The notes beneath the pieces are model-generated. The model did not search any database, was not told where the DNA came from, and was given only the letters and a program-made list of their open reading frames with translations. A program made the position numbers and the translations under genes. Positions 1 to 9,713 of a stretch of DNA of 64,000 nt are shown here, in pieces (the stretch's first letter is position 1; each line of letters starts with the position of its first letter). This DNA comes from Candidatus Magasanikiibacteriota bacterium (lineage in GTDB: Bacteria; Patescibacteriota; Patescibacteriia; Magasanikbacterales; UBA922): the NCBI GenBank assembly GCA_018650645.1, contig JABIFP010000025.1, positions 7,976 to 71,975 of the forward strand, in the 5' to 3' direction.

Positions 1-1518
1 TCTATAAAAGGTCTGCGCTTCATGAATTTCTTGATCTAGGATGGCGTCAACTTGCGCCAACTGCTCATCTACCGTAGGACCAATATCTTCTACTACCGGT
101 TCAGGAGCGACTTCTTCCGTTGTTGTTGCTGTTTCTTCGTCTTCATTTTCTTCAACCTGCGCTACTTCTGCAGTTGACGTAACAATACCACGCTCTTGTA
201 TTAATGCAGCTCTTCGCTGTTTTCTATACTCTTCAGCAGACAGTCTATCATATTTTTCGTCTAATAGCTCATTTGCTTTTACAATAGAATATGGTGTTGT
301 TGTAACCGATTCGGTATACCCAGGGAAGCCTGCCAAAATTGGCCCTTCAATAATTTCGCCTTCGCCTTGCAAACTTTCTCGTAAAATTCTGCGTTTATCA
401 ATGGCTAGCGCAAGTGCTTCTCTTAAATCGTCTTCTTCAAGAATCGATTGATGTGATGGGTTGAAAAAAAGTGCTGTATATTGTGGTAATTGCAACGTAT
501 GCACGGTAATATGTTTGCGTTCAACTTTTGAAGCAAGATGCGCTGGGACAAAATGAATCCCATCAACTTTTTGACTTCGGAGTGCCTGAATGGCCCCAAC
601 ATCTGGATCATCATACACGCCAAAAAACTGGAATATGACCTCGTCAATATATGGAGTACCCAAATGATACTGTTCGTTTTTTTCTAATTCATACCGAGAA
701 ATAAATCCTGTCTGATCTTTGATCAATTTTTTAAAGACGTATGGTCCAGAACCAACCGGTTGCAAATTACTTTGTGCTAATCGAATTCGTTCAGCTGGAA
801 TATTTTCCCAAATATGTGCAGGTAAAATACCCACAGTTAAAGAACTCAAAAATGGTTGGAACGGTTCCTGAAGAGTAAACGAAATGGTCTGCTCATCAAT
901 CACTTCTACCAGAACACCTTGGAAACTCACATACAAAGGACTTCCCACATCCTGATTTTGGATCAAATCAATGGTAAATGCAATATCGCTAGCAGTGATT
1001 GGAGGACCGACCTCTTTTTTTGTTCCGCTATGCCAAGAAATATCTTGCCGCAGTTTGAATGTGTATACTTTTTTGTCTTCACTCAATTCATACGAGTCGG
1101 CTAAATCCGCTACTAATTCCTGATTCGCATCAAATCGCATAAGCCCACTGTACATAAGACGAGCTAAATCCACATCTACATCATTCAGACTCGCAAAGAG
1201 CGGGTTAATAAGTTGTGGAGCACCCACAACAGCTTCTACATATCGTCCACCTTCTTTTGGCACCTGTACTCGATTCCCATCGATAACATTTACCCCCAGC
1301 CAAAGACATCCGGCCAGAAGCCCCCAAATAGCTAAAGTAAAGATTCGCCTTTCTTTATCACCAAGAACTTTTTTTACATGTCTGAGTTGGTGCCACGTTG
1401 GTCTTTTCTTCCCGTGGATACCACGAAGAACCGTAAGATCATGATTTGAACCAACTAAAGGCTTTGCTTTTTTTGTCGTTTTCGCAAGATGCTGCGAAAA
1501 AAATGATTTGAAGGACAC
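1..1518 (-). CDS. ABC transporter substrate-binding protein, family 5 (peptide/nickel, OppA/DppA-like). It is partial: the C-terminus lies beyond the window start.
   Basis: The minus-strand frame is open from the window edge up to ~1518. It is absent from the ORF track because there is no in-window stop. Hand translation gives an N-terminal cytoplasmic stretch, a TM anchor (IFTLAIWGLLAGCLWLG), then SBP_bac_5-like motifs (LQPVGSGPYVFKKLI...). The putative GTG start at 1518 is uncertain. Confidence 0.65.
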   Translation of the reverse strand, partial: MSFKSFFSQHLAKTTKKAKPLVGSNHDLTVLRGIHGKKRPTWHQLRHVKKVLGDKERRIFTLAIWGLLAGCLWLGVNVIDGNRVQVPKEGGRYVEAVVGAPQLINPLFASLNDVDVDLARLMYSGLMRFDANQELVADLADSYELSEDKKVYTFKLRQDISWHSGTKKEVGPPITASDIAFTIDLIQNQDVGSPLYVSFQGVLVEVIDEQTISFTLQEPFQPFLSSLTVGILPAHIWENIPAERIRLAQSNLQPVGSGPYVFKKLIKDQTGFISRYELEKNEQYHLGTPYIDEVIFQFFGVYDDPDVGAIQALRSQKVDGIHFVPAHLASKVERKHITVHTLQLPQYTALFFNPSHQSILEEDDLREALALAIDKRRILRESLQGEGEIIEGPILAGFPGYTESVTTTPYSIVKANELLDEKYDRLSAEEYRKQRRAALIQERGIVTSTAEVAQVEENEDEETATTTEEVAPEPVVEDIGPTVDEQLAQVDAILDQEIHEAQTFYR

Positions 1519-1558
1519 AAGAATTGCTCAAGAGTTAATCTCCCCTGAGAATAACAGA

Positions 1559-1777
1559 CTAGATGAAGAAACTTGATGCAGCAAGGGCAAAAAAGATAAT
1601 CGCCAATGCAATAGTTACTTTGTGAAGAAAAAGGTCTACCCCTCTTCTTGTTGAAACTACTTGCCCACCAGATCCACCGAATCCAGCACCAAGCCCAGCT
1701 CCTTTTTGTTGAATCAAAATTACCGCAACCAATGCGACAGATACAATCATTTGTACAATATTCAATATAGCTTCCAT
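1559..1777 (-). CDS. secG: preprotein translocase subunit SecG
   Basis: The 72-aa product MEAILNIVQMIVSVALVAVILIQQKGAGLGAGFGG has the typical SecG TM-G-rich-TM layout. Confidence 0.85.
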   Translation of the reverse strand: MEAILNIVQMIVSVALVAVILIQQKGAGLGAGFGGSGGQVVSTRRGVDLFLHKVTIALAIIFFALAASSFFI

Positions 1778-1958
1778 ACTAACATTAAGGAAAATAAATC
1801 TTTCGTGAGGAAAGTATAGGCAATAACCCTAAATTAATCAAGAGAAAACCCTTATACTTGGCTTATTTTAGCAAAATATTAGGGGCATCCGGTTGATTTC
1901 TTTACACTTCAGAATATATGACCTCCATTTTCCACAGTACTCCTGTCCCCTCATTCTA

Positions 1959-1987
1959 TTGACATCCCCACATTCTTTTGGTATATT
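1959..1987 (+). promoter_or_regulatory. sigma70-type promoter (TTGACA-N17-TATATT) upstream of rpmE
   Basis: An exact TTGACA at 1959-1964, a 17-nt spacer, then TATATT at 1982-1987, about 30 nt upstream of the rpmE ATG. Confidence 0.5.
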
Positions 1988-2017
1988 TTGCCCACTTTAG
2001 AAACTGATTTCATTGAT

Positions 2018-2500
2018 ATGAAAAGCGACATCCACCCACAAGTAAATAATGTAGTATTTGTTGACACCTCTTGCGGTGCTGAATTTATTACTACTTCAAC
2101 CCTCAAAAGCGACGAAACTCGCGTTGTTGATGGTGTTGAGCACATGGTTATCAATGTAGAAATTTCATCTGCATCTCACCCGTTCTATACTGGTAAGCAA
2201 GTACTTCTTGATACTGCTCGTCGTGTAGAGAAATTTGAAAAACGTGCAGCAAAGCAAGCAGAAGCAGCAGAAGTAAGAAAAGGAAAGAGAGCAAAGGCTG
2301 CTAAGCGCGCAGAAGACACGGCTGAAGAAACTACTGAAGCGCCAAAGGCTAAAAAGAAAAAAGCTCCAGCTGCAGAAGTTGCAACTGAGGAGGCTCCTGT
2401 AGTGGAAGAAGCAAAAGTAGAAGAAGCGCCAGCTGAAACTACTGAAGCAGAAACTCCAGCAGTAGAAGAACCTAAGGCTGAGGAAGAAAAGCAAGCGTAG
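2018..2500 (+). CDS. rpmE: 50S ribosomal protein L31 with a long A/E/K/P-rich C-terminal extension
   Basis: MKSDIHPQ...C..C...HPFYTGKQ is the L31 core (the first ~70 aa). An ~85-aa low-complexity tail (AAEVRKGKRAKAAK...EEPKAEEEKQA) follows. The ATG at 2018 is preferred over the TTG at 1988. Confidence 0.85.
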   Translation: MKSDIHPQVNNVVFVDTSCGAEFITTSTLKSDETRVVDGVEHMVINVEISSASHPFYTGKQVLLDTARRVEKFEKRAAKQAEAAEVRKGKRAKAAKRAEDTAEETTEAPKAKKKKAPAAEVATEEAPVVEEAKVEEAPAETTEAETPAVEEPKAEEEKQA

Positions 2501-2514
2501 CGACGCACATATAA

Positions 2515-2545
2515 AGGCAGTCCTCATTTGGGCTGTTTTTATTTA
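2515..2545 (+). terminator. rho-independent terminator after rpmE
   Basis: A hairpin ggcagtcc/tcattt/gggctg (one G-U wobble) followed by tttttattt. Confidence 0.45.
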
Positions 2546-2588
2546 CTCTTGCCGATTACCAGAATACTTAGTACACTGACAGCATCAT

Positions 2589-3647
2589 ATGCTTCCAAAA
2601 TATTCAAACATTTTAGAAATATTTCGCCAATTCGAAGCTGATTTACAAAATCCAGCTATTATTAGTGATGTAAAAAAATTGACCAAGATATCTCAAGACT
2701 ATGCAGAGATGAAAGATACCGCGGCACATATCATGCAGCTTGAAAAAGCAGAAAAGAATCTTGCAGAAACAACTGAAATGCTCGCAAGCGATATTGATGA
2801 TGAGATGAAAGCAATGGCAAAAGAAGAATTGCAAACATTGAAAACGCATATTGAGAAACTCGAAGAAGTGCTTCGCCTTCAGACAAGACCTACAGATCCT
2901 CTGGACAAAAAAGATGTCATTATTGAGATTAGAGCAGGTGCCGGTGGAGATGAGGCAGCCCTTTTTGCAGGAGATCTGATGCGCATGTACATGAAGTACG
3001 CGGAATCACAAAAATGGAAGACTGAATTGATGAGTGAAAATCAAATTGGTATTGGTGGCTATAAAGAAGTCATTTTTGCTGTACGCGGACGCAATGTATA
3101 TAAGGATTATAAGTATGAATCTGGAGTACACAGAGTACAACGTGTGCCAGAAACTGAAAAACAAGGACGTATTCATACGTCAACAGCAAGTGTGGCTATC
3201 ATGCCAGAGGTTGAGGAAGAAGAAATAGAGATTAGACAGCAAGACCTGCGCGTTGATACATACTGCGCGAGTGGAAATGGTGGGCAAAGTGTAAACACCA
3301 CATATTCAGCGGTGCGCATTACGCATACCCCAACAGGAGTAGTAGCACAATGCCAAGATGAAAAATCCCAAATCCAAAATCGTATTAAAGCCATGAGTGT
3401 GCTGCGCGCAAGAATTTTTGAAGCGCAAGAAGCAAAAAGAAAAGCTGAAGAATCTGAAATGAGAAACAGCCAAATCGGATCAGGAGACAGAAGTGAAAAA
3501 ATTAGAACTTATAACTATCCGCAAGATCGTATTACGGATCATCGGATTAAACAAAGCTGGAATAATATCCCCGATATCCTGAGTGGAAACTTGGAGCCAC
3601 TTATTACGGCAATTAGAAATGAAGATTACGCAAAGATGGATGCATAA
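2589..3647 (+). CDS. prfA: peptide chain release factor 1
   Basis: The 352-aa product has a GGQ motif (SGNGGQSVN), an RF1-type PxT region ([14 protein letters not shown]) and full-length RF1 similarity. Confidence 0.95.
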   Translation: MLPKYSNILEIFRQFEADLQNPAIISDVKKLTKISQDYAEMKDTAAHIMQLEKAEKNLAETTEMLASDIDDEMKAMAKEELQTLKTHIEKLEEVLRLQTRPTDPLDKKDVIIEIRAGAGGDEAALFAGDLMRMYMKYAESQKWKTELMSENQIGIGGYKEVIFAVRGRNVYKDYKYESGVHRVQRVPETEKQGRIHTSTASVAIMPEVEEEEIEIRQQDLRVDTYCASGNGGQSVNTTYSAVRITHTPTGVVAQCQDEKSQIQNRIKAMSVLRARIFEAQEAKRKAEESEMRNSQIGSGDRSEKIRTYNYPQDRITDHRIKQSWNNIPDILSGNLEPLITAIRNEDYAKMDA

Positions 3648-3649
3648 AA

Positions 3650-3678
3650 AAACGGACCAATTGGTCCGTTTTTTTATT
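3650..3678. terminator. bidirectional rho-independent terminator between prfA (+) and the histidine kinase (-)
   Basis: aaaaacggaccaattggtccgttttttt is a perfect 7-bp stem with an AATT loop, flanked by A-run and T-run. Confidence 0.8.
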
Positions 3679-6151
3679 ACTCGTGTGTATCAGTTTCTGC
3701 ATTCAGTTTTTTACTCCCCTTTCTTTTTTTCATCCCAGCCTTTGGAATCTGCACATGAAACGAAGTACCCTTGTTTATAACGGACTCAAACCAAATTTTT
3801 CCACCAATCTGTTCCACAATTTCTTTAATAATATACAGCCCAAGGCCTGTTCCTTCAGTATCCTTTTCTCGCACATTATCTGCTCGGAATAGTTTTTCAA
3901 ATACCCGTTCATGCTGGCGCTTTGGAATTCCATATCCTGTATCGGTGATATCAAACTGCAACATATCCTTATTCATTTGCAGCAAGATCATAACACTCCC
4001 TTTAGCTGGCGTGTATTTAACTGCGTTATTCACCAAATTATGCAGTATAATTCGTAGTAAGGTTGGATCAGCTTGAATACTTGCCTTATGCTTAAACAAC
4101 GTTTTGACTAATAATTTCTTTGCCTTTATTTGTGGCGCCATTTCTTTTATTACCATCTTTATTTCTTCAACTACATCCATAAGCTTTGGATCGACAGAGA
4201 ATGTTCCCAATTCTAACCTTGATACATTAAGCAGAGAATTTACAAGCGATACCATACGCTGATTTCCTGCATATATTTCTTCAATATATACTTTTTGATC
4301 TTTAGACAACTTTCCAACGTCCCCGGCCAGCAGCATTTCGGTATACCAATTAATGGTAGACAGGGGTGTTCTAAGCTGATGAGAAGCAAGTGAAACAAAT
4401 TCCGTTTTCACCTTATCAACTTCTTTTTCTTTCGTAATATCACGAAGGACAATAATGCCACCAACAACTCCATTCTCTAATACAACAGGCGATGCAGTTA
4501 CGGCACCAGGGAACGTAGACTTGTCTTTACGTACAAATCTACTCACAAGCGAAACTCGTTCTTGCTTTATTAATGCTTGTGCCAATGCAGATTTGTTTTT
4601 TGGTACACGGACTCCCTTTTCGTCTATAGATACAAGTACATTAGACCAAGCCTTCCCTACTAATGAGGCTGTCTTATACCCCAAAATTTGCCTTGCCGCA
4701 TCATTTGCTAGAATAATACCCCCTTTCATATCAATAGCCAGTAACCCATCACCAATACTGCTTAAAATTGCTTCATCTTTTGCTTTCGCAGATGCTAAAC
4801 GATTTTTTTCCTCTTCTAAATCGTCCATAATATTGATGGTAGCAGAACGCGCCTGACGAAGCGATGCCGTTTGTACCTGTGTATCTTCTAAAATATTTAG
4901 CACCGCAAGTTTTGTTTGTTTTGCCAGTTGAAGTTGCTGATCGAGCTCTTTCGTTTTATGTTCTACCTGTTCTTCTAAAGAAGACTGTGCACCAATTATT
5001 GTATCTGCCAAGCTATTAAACGCCTGTGCTAGCGCTCCCACTTCATCTTTTGATGTAATTTTTGCGCGCGCTAGGTAATTTCCATTTTGAAGCGCTAATG
5101 CCATTTGTTTTAATCGAACAATTGGGTGTGCTAAACTTTCTGATATAAATAAGGCAACAATAATTGCGATAATACCAAATATGAGGATGAAAATAATAAG
5201 CTGATTTCTCGTACTGGTCACAACACCCAAGGCCTCATCTTCAGGAACTATTTCAAAAAACACCCATCGACGCTGTTGCTCACCTGCATCAACTTCCACT
5301 GATTGATATGCTATCGCGGCATTAATTTCTGGAACAAACTGTGCCCCTCCATTATTATTCTTAAATAGATCAGTTACGTCCTTTGAAAATTCTTTATGCA
5401 CAGAAAAACCCGTGTTTAAATCTGACTGTCCACCCCACTGTTTTGAGATATCTGGATGCAAAAAATAATATCCATCTTCGCTTATAAAATAATGCTTTCC
5501 TTTTTTGAGATTTGTATCATCAGTCTCCGATATAAACTGCAATAATATATCTGCTCGAATGTTAAGCACAATCAATCCAATTTGTTCACCGCTACCCTCG
5601 TCAAATACTGATGTACCATACCTAATGACGGGCTGCAGCGGAATTTGTAGTGTGGGTGGCACCCCTTCTTTGTTTAGGTCTAACTGTGATATATATAATT
5701 CTCCCTTTGCTTTTAAAAGAGTATCCTCAACATAGTACCTATCCCCCTTATACTGCAACTCTTGTTTATTAACGATATGCACGGACTCCCCATCAGAATC
5801 AACACGCACTACTTCATTTCCCTCTAGATCAATGAACCGAATCTGCGCATAGGCCTCATTAATCTCTGCGAGTGCAACAAACTGCTGTTCGAGAAGCTGC
5901 GTCCAGACGTCTACTTCCTCGGTAGTACTCTCAGCATTGCTATTGGAGCGAGCCTTATACAGTTCTTGCACTGCAGGATTTGAAGCAAGGTACAACGTAT
6001 CATGTTCAAACCCCATAAGAATTTGTTCAACTTCAAATTTATGAGAAGCCGTTTCAACCATCAAGTCTGAAAGTATAGATTCGAGCACAAGACCCTTTGT
6101 TATTCGAAATCCAAAAAAACCCGAGACCATCAAAGGCACAATCGTGATCAA
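3677..6151 (-). CDS. multi-domain sensor histidine kinase (TM, periplasmic dCache-like domain, TM, HAMP, coiled coil, PAS, HisKA, HATPase_c)
   Basis: H-box LASHQLRTPLSTINWYTEML. ATPase motifs NLVNNAVKYT, DTGYGIP and GTGLGLYI. A HAMP-like segment after the second TM. The start is ambiguous: TTG at 6151, or ATG at 6130. Confidence 0.9.
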   Translation of the reverse strand: MITIVPLMVSGFFGFRITKGLVLESILSDLMVETASHKFEVEQILMGFEHDTLYLASNPAVQELYKARSNSNAESTTEEVDVWTQLLEQQFVALAEINEAYAQIRFIDLEGNEVVRVDSDGESVHIVNKQELQYKGDRYYVEDTLLKAKGELYISQLDLNKEGVPPTLQIPLQPVIRYGTSVFDEGSGEQIGLIVLNIRADILLQFISETDDTNLKKGKHYFISEDGYYFLHPDISKQWGGQSDLNTGFSVHKEFSKDVTDLFKNNNGGAQFVPEINAAIAYQSVEVDAGEQQRRWVFFEIVPEDEALGVVTSTRNQLIIFILIFGIIAIIVALFISESLAHPIVRLKQMALALQNGNYLARAKITSKDEVGALAQAFNSLADTIIGAQSSLEEQVEHKTKELDQQLQLAKQTKLAVLNILEDTQVQTASLRQARSATINIMDDLEEEKNRLASAKAKDEAILSSIGDGLLAIDMKGGIILANDAARQILGYKTASLVGKAWSNVLVSIDEKGVRVPKNKSALAQALIKQERVSLVSRFVRKDKSTFPGAVTASPVVLENGVVGGIIVLRDITKEKEVDKVKTEFVSLASHQLRTPLSTINWYTEMLLAGDVGKLSKDQKVYIEEIYAGNQRMVSLVNSLLNVSRLELGTFSVDPKLMDVVEEIKMVIKEMAPQIKAKKLLVKTLFKHKASIQADPTLLRIILHNLVNNAVKYTPAKGSVMILLQMNKDMLQFDITDTGYGIPKRQHERVFEKLFRADNVREKDTEGTGLGLYIIKEIVEQIGGKIWFESVINKGTSFHVQIPKAGMKKRKGSKKLNAETDTHE

Positions 6152-6220
6152 AAAAATGATAACTGAAATTTTCGTTGATATCTTTCGAGAGAAAATCTGA
6201 GTCTCACCTTTTTTTGTGTC

Positions 6221-7543
6221 TTATGTTTTTTTATCATCTTTTTTACGTTTAACTGAAGATTTTTTCTTTATCTTAAGATCCTGGTTCTCCTTCTTCAGCT
6301 GAATCATACGAAGCTCTCTCTCAATCATAGTATCATTTAGCAATTCTGCTTCTTTCAATGCTTTCTGCGTTTTTTTCCTTTCTTCAACAAGTGTTTTTGT
6401 TTGCTGCTCTACCTTTGCGTCAATATTTACTCTTGCCTGGAACAATGCTTCAGTAAAACTATCTAATAAGTTACCTAGCCCTTCAATTTCATGTTCATTA
6501 TCATTATCAGATACCGGATGTGTTCCTCCACTCAAAATGTTTTTTCCTGTATGAATGATTTGTCGCAAATCTTTTCCAAGCAGTGTTCCTACAACATAGG
6601 AAACCCCTCCAAAAAAGAATATGATAAGCAAAGCCACAAGCAGAAGCTGAGAAATAAGAAATTGCGCTTGCTGGCTTATCTCATCCTTATTATATTCTGC
6701 CAAAAGACACCAGTCCATAGACGCAACATATGAATGCACACCGACAACAGGCACACCTCGATAACCTAAAAAGGTTTGTAATTTTGAATGTTGTTGTTCA
6801 AAATTATTTCTTTTAGAAAAGCAATCTTTTGCATTTTTAGTGGCTGATTCTTGAGACAAAATTGTAAGCTGATCGGGTTGAAATCTAGACGGACTAATCA
6901 TTAATAAACTGCTATTCACCAAATATGTTTCCCCTGTCACCCCCCATCCTTTACGCTCTTCAAGAATATCAAATAACTCCTGCTCTTTTAATTTTCCAAC
7001 AAGTACACCGACCACTTCATTATTACTATATATAGGCGTAGAGGCAAAAAGTGCTATATCAGCATCAAATTGCGTTTCTGAAATAGTATGTATATATGTG
7101 TTTTTTATCCCGTTTTCAAAAAGCTTTGTGTCAGCAAAGTCTCCTCCAAGGCTACCTACCACCGTCCCTGCAATCATTTGACCATCAGTGCTTAAAACAT
7201 ATAGTTCCTCGGCCAATGAAAATGTTGCAATTTTTTCTCGCCGTAAATAAGTTGATAATGCCCCTGAAGCACAATCCTCATTTTTGCTCGTTTCATCTAG
7301 TAAACACGATACTATTTTTGCATCTGCCGCTTGATCACCCATGCGCCCACGCACCAATGAAAAAAATGTTTGAATATGTTCATTTTTTACATGTGCCCCA
7401 AATGATAATTGTTCAAACGTTTTTCCTTCTATGTAATCCATCACTAATGTATAAAAAATTCCAGCACCACCAATAGTGAACACAGCCGTAAGTAAAACAA
7501 ACGGAATCATTATTTTTGCGCGAACACTGAACCCTCTTTTCAT
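6221..7543 (-). CDS. membrane sensor-like protein (TM, periplasmic Cache-like domain, TM, HAMP-like, coiled-coil tail). No output domain.
   Basis: N-terminal TM, then a Cache-like segment (GETYLVNSSLLMISP), a second TM and a HAMP-like linker. A C-terminal coiled coil ends in LNDTMIERELRMIQLKKENQ, then a K-rich tail. No kinase, GGDEF or MCP domain is present. Confidence 0.7.
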   Translation of the reverse strand: MKRGFSVRAKIMIPFVLLTAVFTIGGAGIFYTLVMDYIEGKTFEQLSFGAHVKNEHIQTFFSLVRGRMGDQAADAKIVSCLLDETSKNEDCASGALSTYLRREKIATFSLAEELYVLSTDGQMIAGTVVGSLGGDFADTKLFENGIKNTYIHTISETQFDADIALFASTPIYSNNEVVGVLVGKLKEQELFDILEERKGWGVTGETYLVNSSLLMISPSRFQPDQLTILSQESATKNAKDCFSKRNNFEQQHSKLQTFLGYRGVPVVGVHSYVASMDWCLLAEYNKDEISQQAQFLISQLLLVALLIIFFFGGVSYVVGTLLGKDLRQIIHTGKNILSGGTHPVSDNDNEHEIEGLGNLLDSFTEALFQARVNIDAKVEQQTKTLVEERKKTQKALKEAELLNDTMIERELRMIQLKKENQDLKIKKKSSVKRKKDDKKT

Positions 7544-7547
7544 ACAA

Positions 7548-8864
7548 TCACTTCTTTATATTTTTTTTGAAATCGGACAATCGTTTTTTCAACTCAATCA
7601 TTTTCAGCTCACGGCCAACCATAGTTTCATTAAGCCGTTCTGTCTCAAGTGATTTCTCTTCAATAACATGTCGATCCTTATCAGCTCTTTTCAATGCACG
7701 CTCTAATCGTTCTTTGTGCCCTTCCGCTTCCCTACGCAAATGATCCGCCTCTTCTTTGGCATGCTCAAGATCAAGTGTTTTAATTCTAAGTTCTGCAGTA
7801 ATATCACCCGCAAGTAACACAGCATTTGCCTTTGTTCTTGTAAATATATATAGAATACTCCCCACCAAAGATGCTACAAGCATTCCTGCTATAAATAACC
7901 ATATGGGTACCATTAATCCCTGTCTTCCTACCCAAAATTGCGGGGCCTCAAGAAATGTTATCTGCCATTCTCGTCCCCCCACATCGATTGACTGTTCGCT
8001 AACATATTGTGATACATATGCTCCATAATCTACAGAGGAATATACACTGCTATTAACAATAGCATCTAAACCTAAATCATTTACTTGCAACTTCAGCATT
8101 TTAGATACAGTATCTTGCTGCATCACTCCCTGAATAAATTCCTCCAAATGCACTATGAGTAACACATACCCATCTAATGCTTCTTTTCTTTGTTCAAGCG
8201 TATGTATTGACTTTTCTGATTGATAGACAGGAAGCGCAATCATCAGTTGCTGCTCTGAATTACCGTCTACCGAAGAAAGCATGGGCACTGTTGCTCTAGC
8301 GGTATTTGTGTCTCTTGCTTCTATAAGTGCCACTTTGCGCGCTTCATGTGTGGAAAGATCATATCCAAACTCTTCCTCCCGATTGTCTTCAGAAGAAATA
8401 TACGTCACCACATAATGAATATCGCTGCGAGATTCTGGATAAATTGAAAAATCTGGATATCCTTCTTCATGTAAACTGGTATCTTCTCTTACTGAAAGCT
8501 CAAACGCTTCTTTTTGTTCATTAGAAACAACTTGCACATACTCAATAGCCTGTATACCTTGTAGACGTTCATCAATAGCTAACGCTTCCACAAATGCATG
8601 CCACTCATCTCGTTCAACGGCCTCACTTGCGGCAAATAATCCCCGCAAGTTATATAACACATCCACATAATCCCCTGCCACGTTTTCTACGTGAACACGC
8701 GCTTGTGTTGCCTGCTGCTGAAACTCAAGCTGTAATATTTCATCGGCTTGCTGTTGCGCAGCACTATATAACAAAGCACTCGCCAATGCGAGCACTAAAA
8801 ACGCACCAATGGCAAGCACGTTTCCAAGTACCACGGATTGCTTTGAAGCAATACGTTTTTTCAT
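7548..8864 (-). CDS. membrane sensor-like protein (TM, periplasmic CHASE-like domain, TM, coiled-coil tail). No output domain.
   Basis: The periplasmic region resembles CHASE (EWHAFVEAL...IQAIEYVQVV...EFGYDLSTHEARKVALIEARDT). The C-terminal coiled coil ends in LNETMVGRELKMIELKKRL, paralogous to the tail of the 6221-7543 product. Confidence 0.7.
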   Translation of the reverse strand: MKKRIASKQSVVLGNVLAIGAFLVLALASALLYSAAQQQADEILQLEFQQQATQARVHVENVAGDYVDVLYNLRGLFAASEAVERDEWHAFVEALAIDERLQGIQAIEYVQVVSNEQKEAFELSVREDTSLHEEGYPDFSIYPESRSDIHYVVTYISSEDNREEEFGYDLSTHEARKVALIEARDTNTARATVPMLSSVDGNSEQQLMIALPVYQSEKSIHTLEQRKEALDGYVLLIVHLEEFIQGVMQQDTVSKMLKLQVNDLGLDAIVNSSVYSSVDYGAYVSQYVSEQSIDVGGREWQITFLEAPQFWVGRQGLMVPIWLFIAGMLVASLVGSILYIFTRTKANAVLLAGDITAELRIKTLDLEHAKEEADHLRREAEGHKERLERALKRADKDRHVIEEKSLETERLNETMVGRELKMIELKKRLSDFKKNIKK

Positions 8865-8921
8865 AAAAAAATATACTACAGTTGTTAGCAGTATATCATT
8901 TTTTTGTCACCTCTGCATGCC

Positions 8922-9164
8922 TTAATTCTTTTCTTGGTCTGTTAGTTCAACAATATGTGTATCACCAAATGTCACTTTTGTATACCAATCCTTTTGGCAA
9001 TGCGGACACCGCGACTGAAATGCGATACTCCCATTTTTTTTACAATCAATATCCTTCATAATAAAGAGTACCCCTCTGCATGCTTTGCAATGCACAAGTG
9101 GATGCTCCGGATCTATTGTGGTATACGAATGATACATACTTCTTTTTTCTACGAAAAAGCCCAC
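8922..9164 (-). CDS. small zinc-ribbon-like protein (CxxC...CxxC), hypothetical
   Basis: An 80-aa ORF with CKAC...CPHC pairs. It sits between the receiver gene and the sensor genes on the same strand. The start may be the internal M at ~9137. Confidence 0.35.
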   Translation of the reverse strand: MGFFVEKRSMYHSYTTIDPEHPLVHCKACRGVLFIMKDIDCKKNGSIAFQSRCPHCQKDWYTKVTFGDTHIVELTDQEKN

Positions 9165-9216
9165 AAAGGAACCTTTAAAAAAGGGGTTCCTTTGCGGGCC
9201 GTAGAACCGCGGTTAA

Positions 9217-9624
9217 TTATACTTGCTGAATCCCGAGCGTCTGCTTCACATCATCAATAATTTGCTCGAGTTTATTTGTTGCCTTTACATAATACTCTAC
9301 AACTCCAAGTTTTAAGTATTGCTGCACTTTGTCATCACTTGCGGTATTTGATACCACAAATATTGGAATTGCCTGATACTGTGCTCCTGAACCCTTCAGT
9401 TTGACTACCAAATCAAGCCCACTCTCCTGCCCTAATAAATAATGATCCAGCCAAATGGCCTGGATGGTCGTGTCTTCACTCAAAGCAGTCTCAGCTTCTG
9501 CCACAGAGCGTACTCCGACAGCTGTGAGTCCTGATCTTTCAAGCTTTTGTGTAATTGCCTTTTGTAGTGGAATTTCATCTTCCACAACAAGGACCTTTGG
9601 CCCCGAATGTGATTGTGTACTCAT
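9217..9624 (-). CDS. single-domain response regulator (CheY-like receiver)
   Basis: VLVVEDE is the acidic pair. IWLDHYL carries the phospho-acceptor Asp, VVSNTAS the Thr and YYVKAT the Lys. There is no output domain. Confidence 0.85.
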   Translation of the reverse strand: MSTQSHSGPKVLVVEDEIPLQKAITQKLERSGLTAVGVRSVAEAETALSEDTTIQAIWLDHYLLGQESGLDLVVKLKGSGAQYQAIPIFVVSNTASDDKVQQYLKLGVVEYYVKATNKLEQIIDDVKQTLGIQQV

Positions 9625-9713
9625 AAGAGCATTTAGCGTACTAAATTATCAGTTCTCCCCCACATCGCCTAGTGTAACATACCAGTTTAGTGCCCGCAAA
9701 TCATTTTTCAATG

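Noticed and set aside
41-451. 136-aa plus-strand ORF at the window start
   Set aside because: It is a low-complexity Ser/Thr/Ala-rich product lying antisense to the family-5 substrate-binding protein gene, whose translation is clearly homologous to SBP_bac_5. Shadow ORF.
2165-2527. Two overlapping minus-strand ORFs (120 and 107 aa) opposite the rpmE tail
   Set aside because: Antisense to the GC/AG-repetitive coding repeat of the L31 extension. The Cys/Phe/Ser-rich products are nonsense translations typical of repeat shadows.
4455-4856. 133-aa plus ORF inside the histidine kinase gene
   Set aside because: Antisense to a well-supported HK with conserved motifs on the minus strand.
9160-9216. 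Hairpin aaaggaacc...ggttccttt downstream of the receiver gene as a terminator
   Set aside because: The T-run lies inside the loop rather than after the stem, so it is not a canonical intrinsic terminator. It may still be a weak terminator or a regulatory structure.
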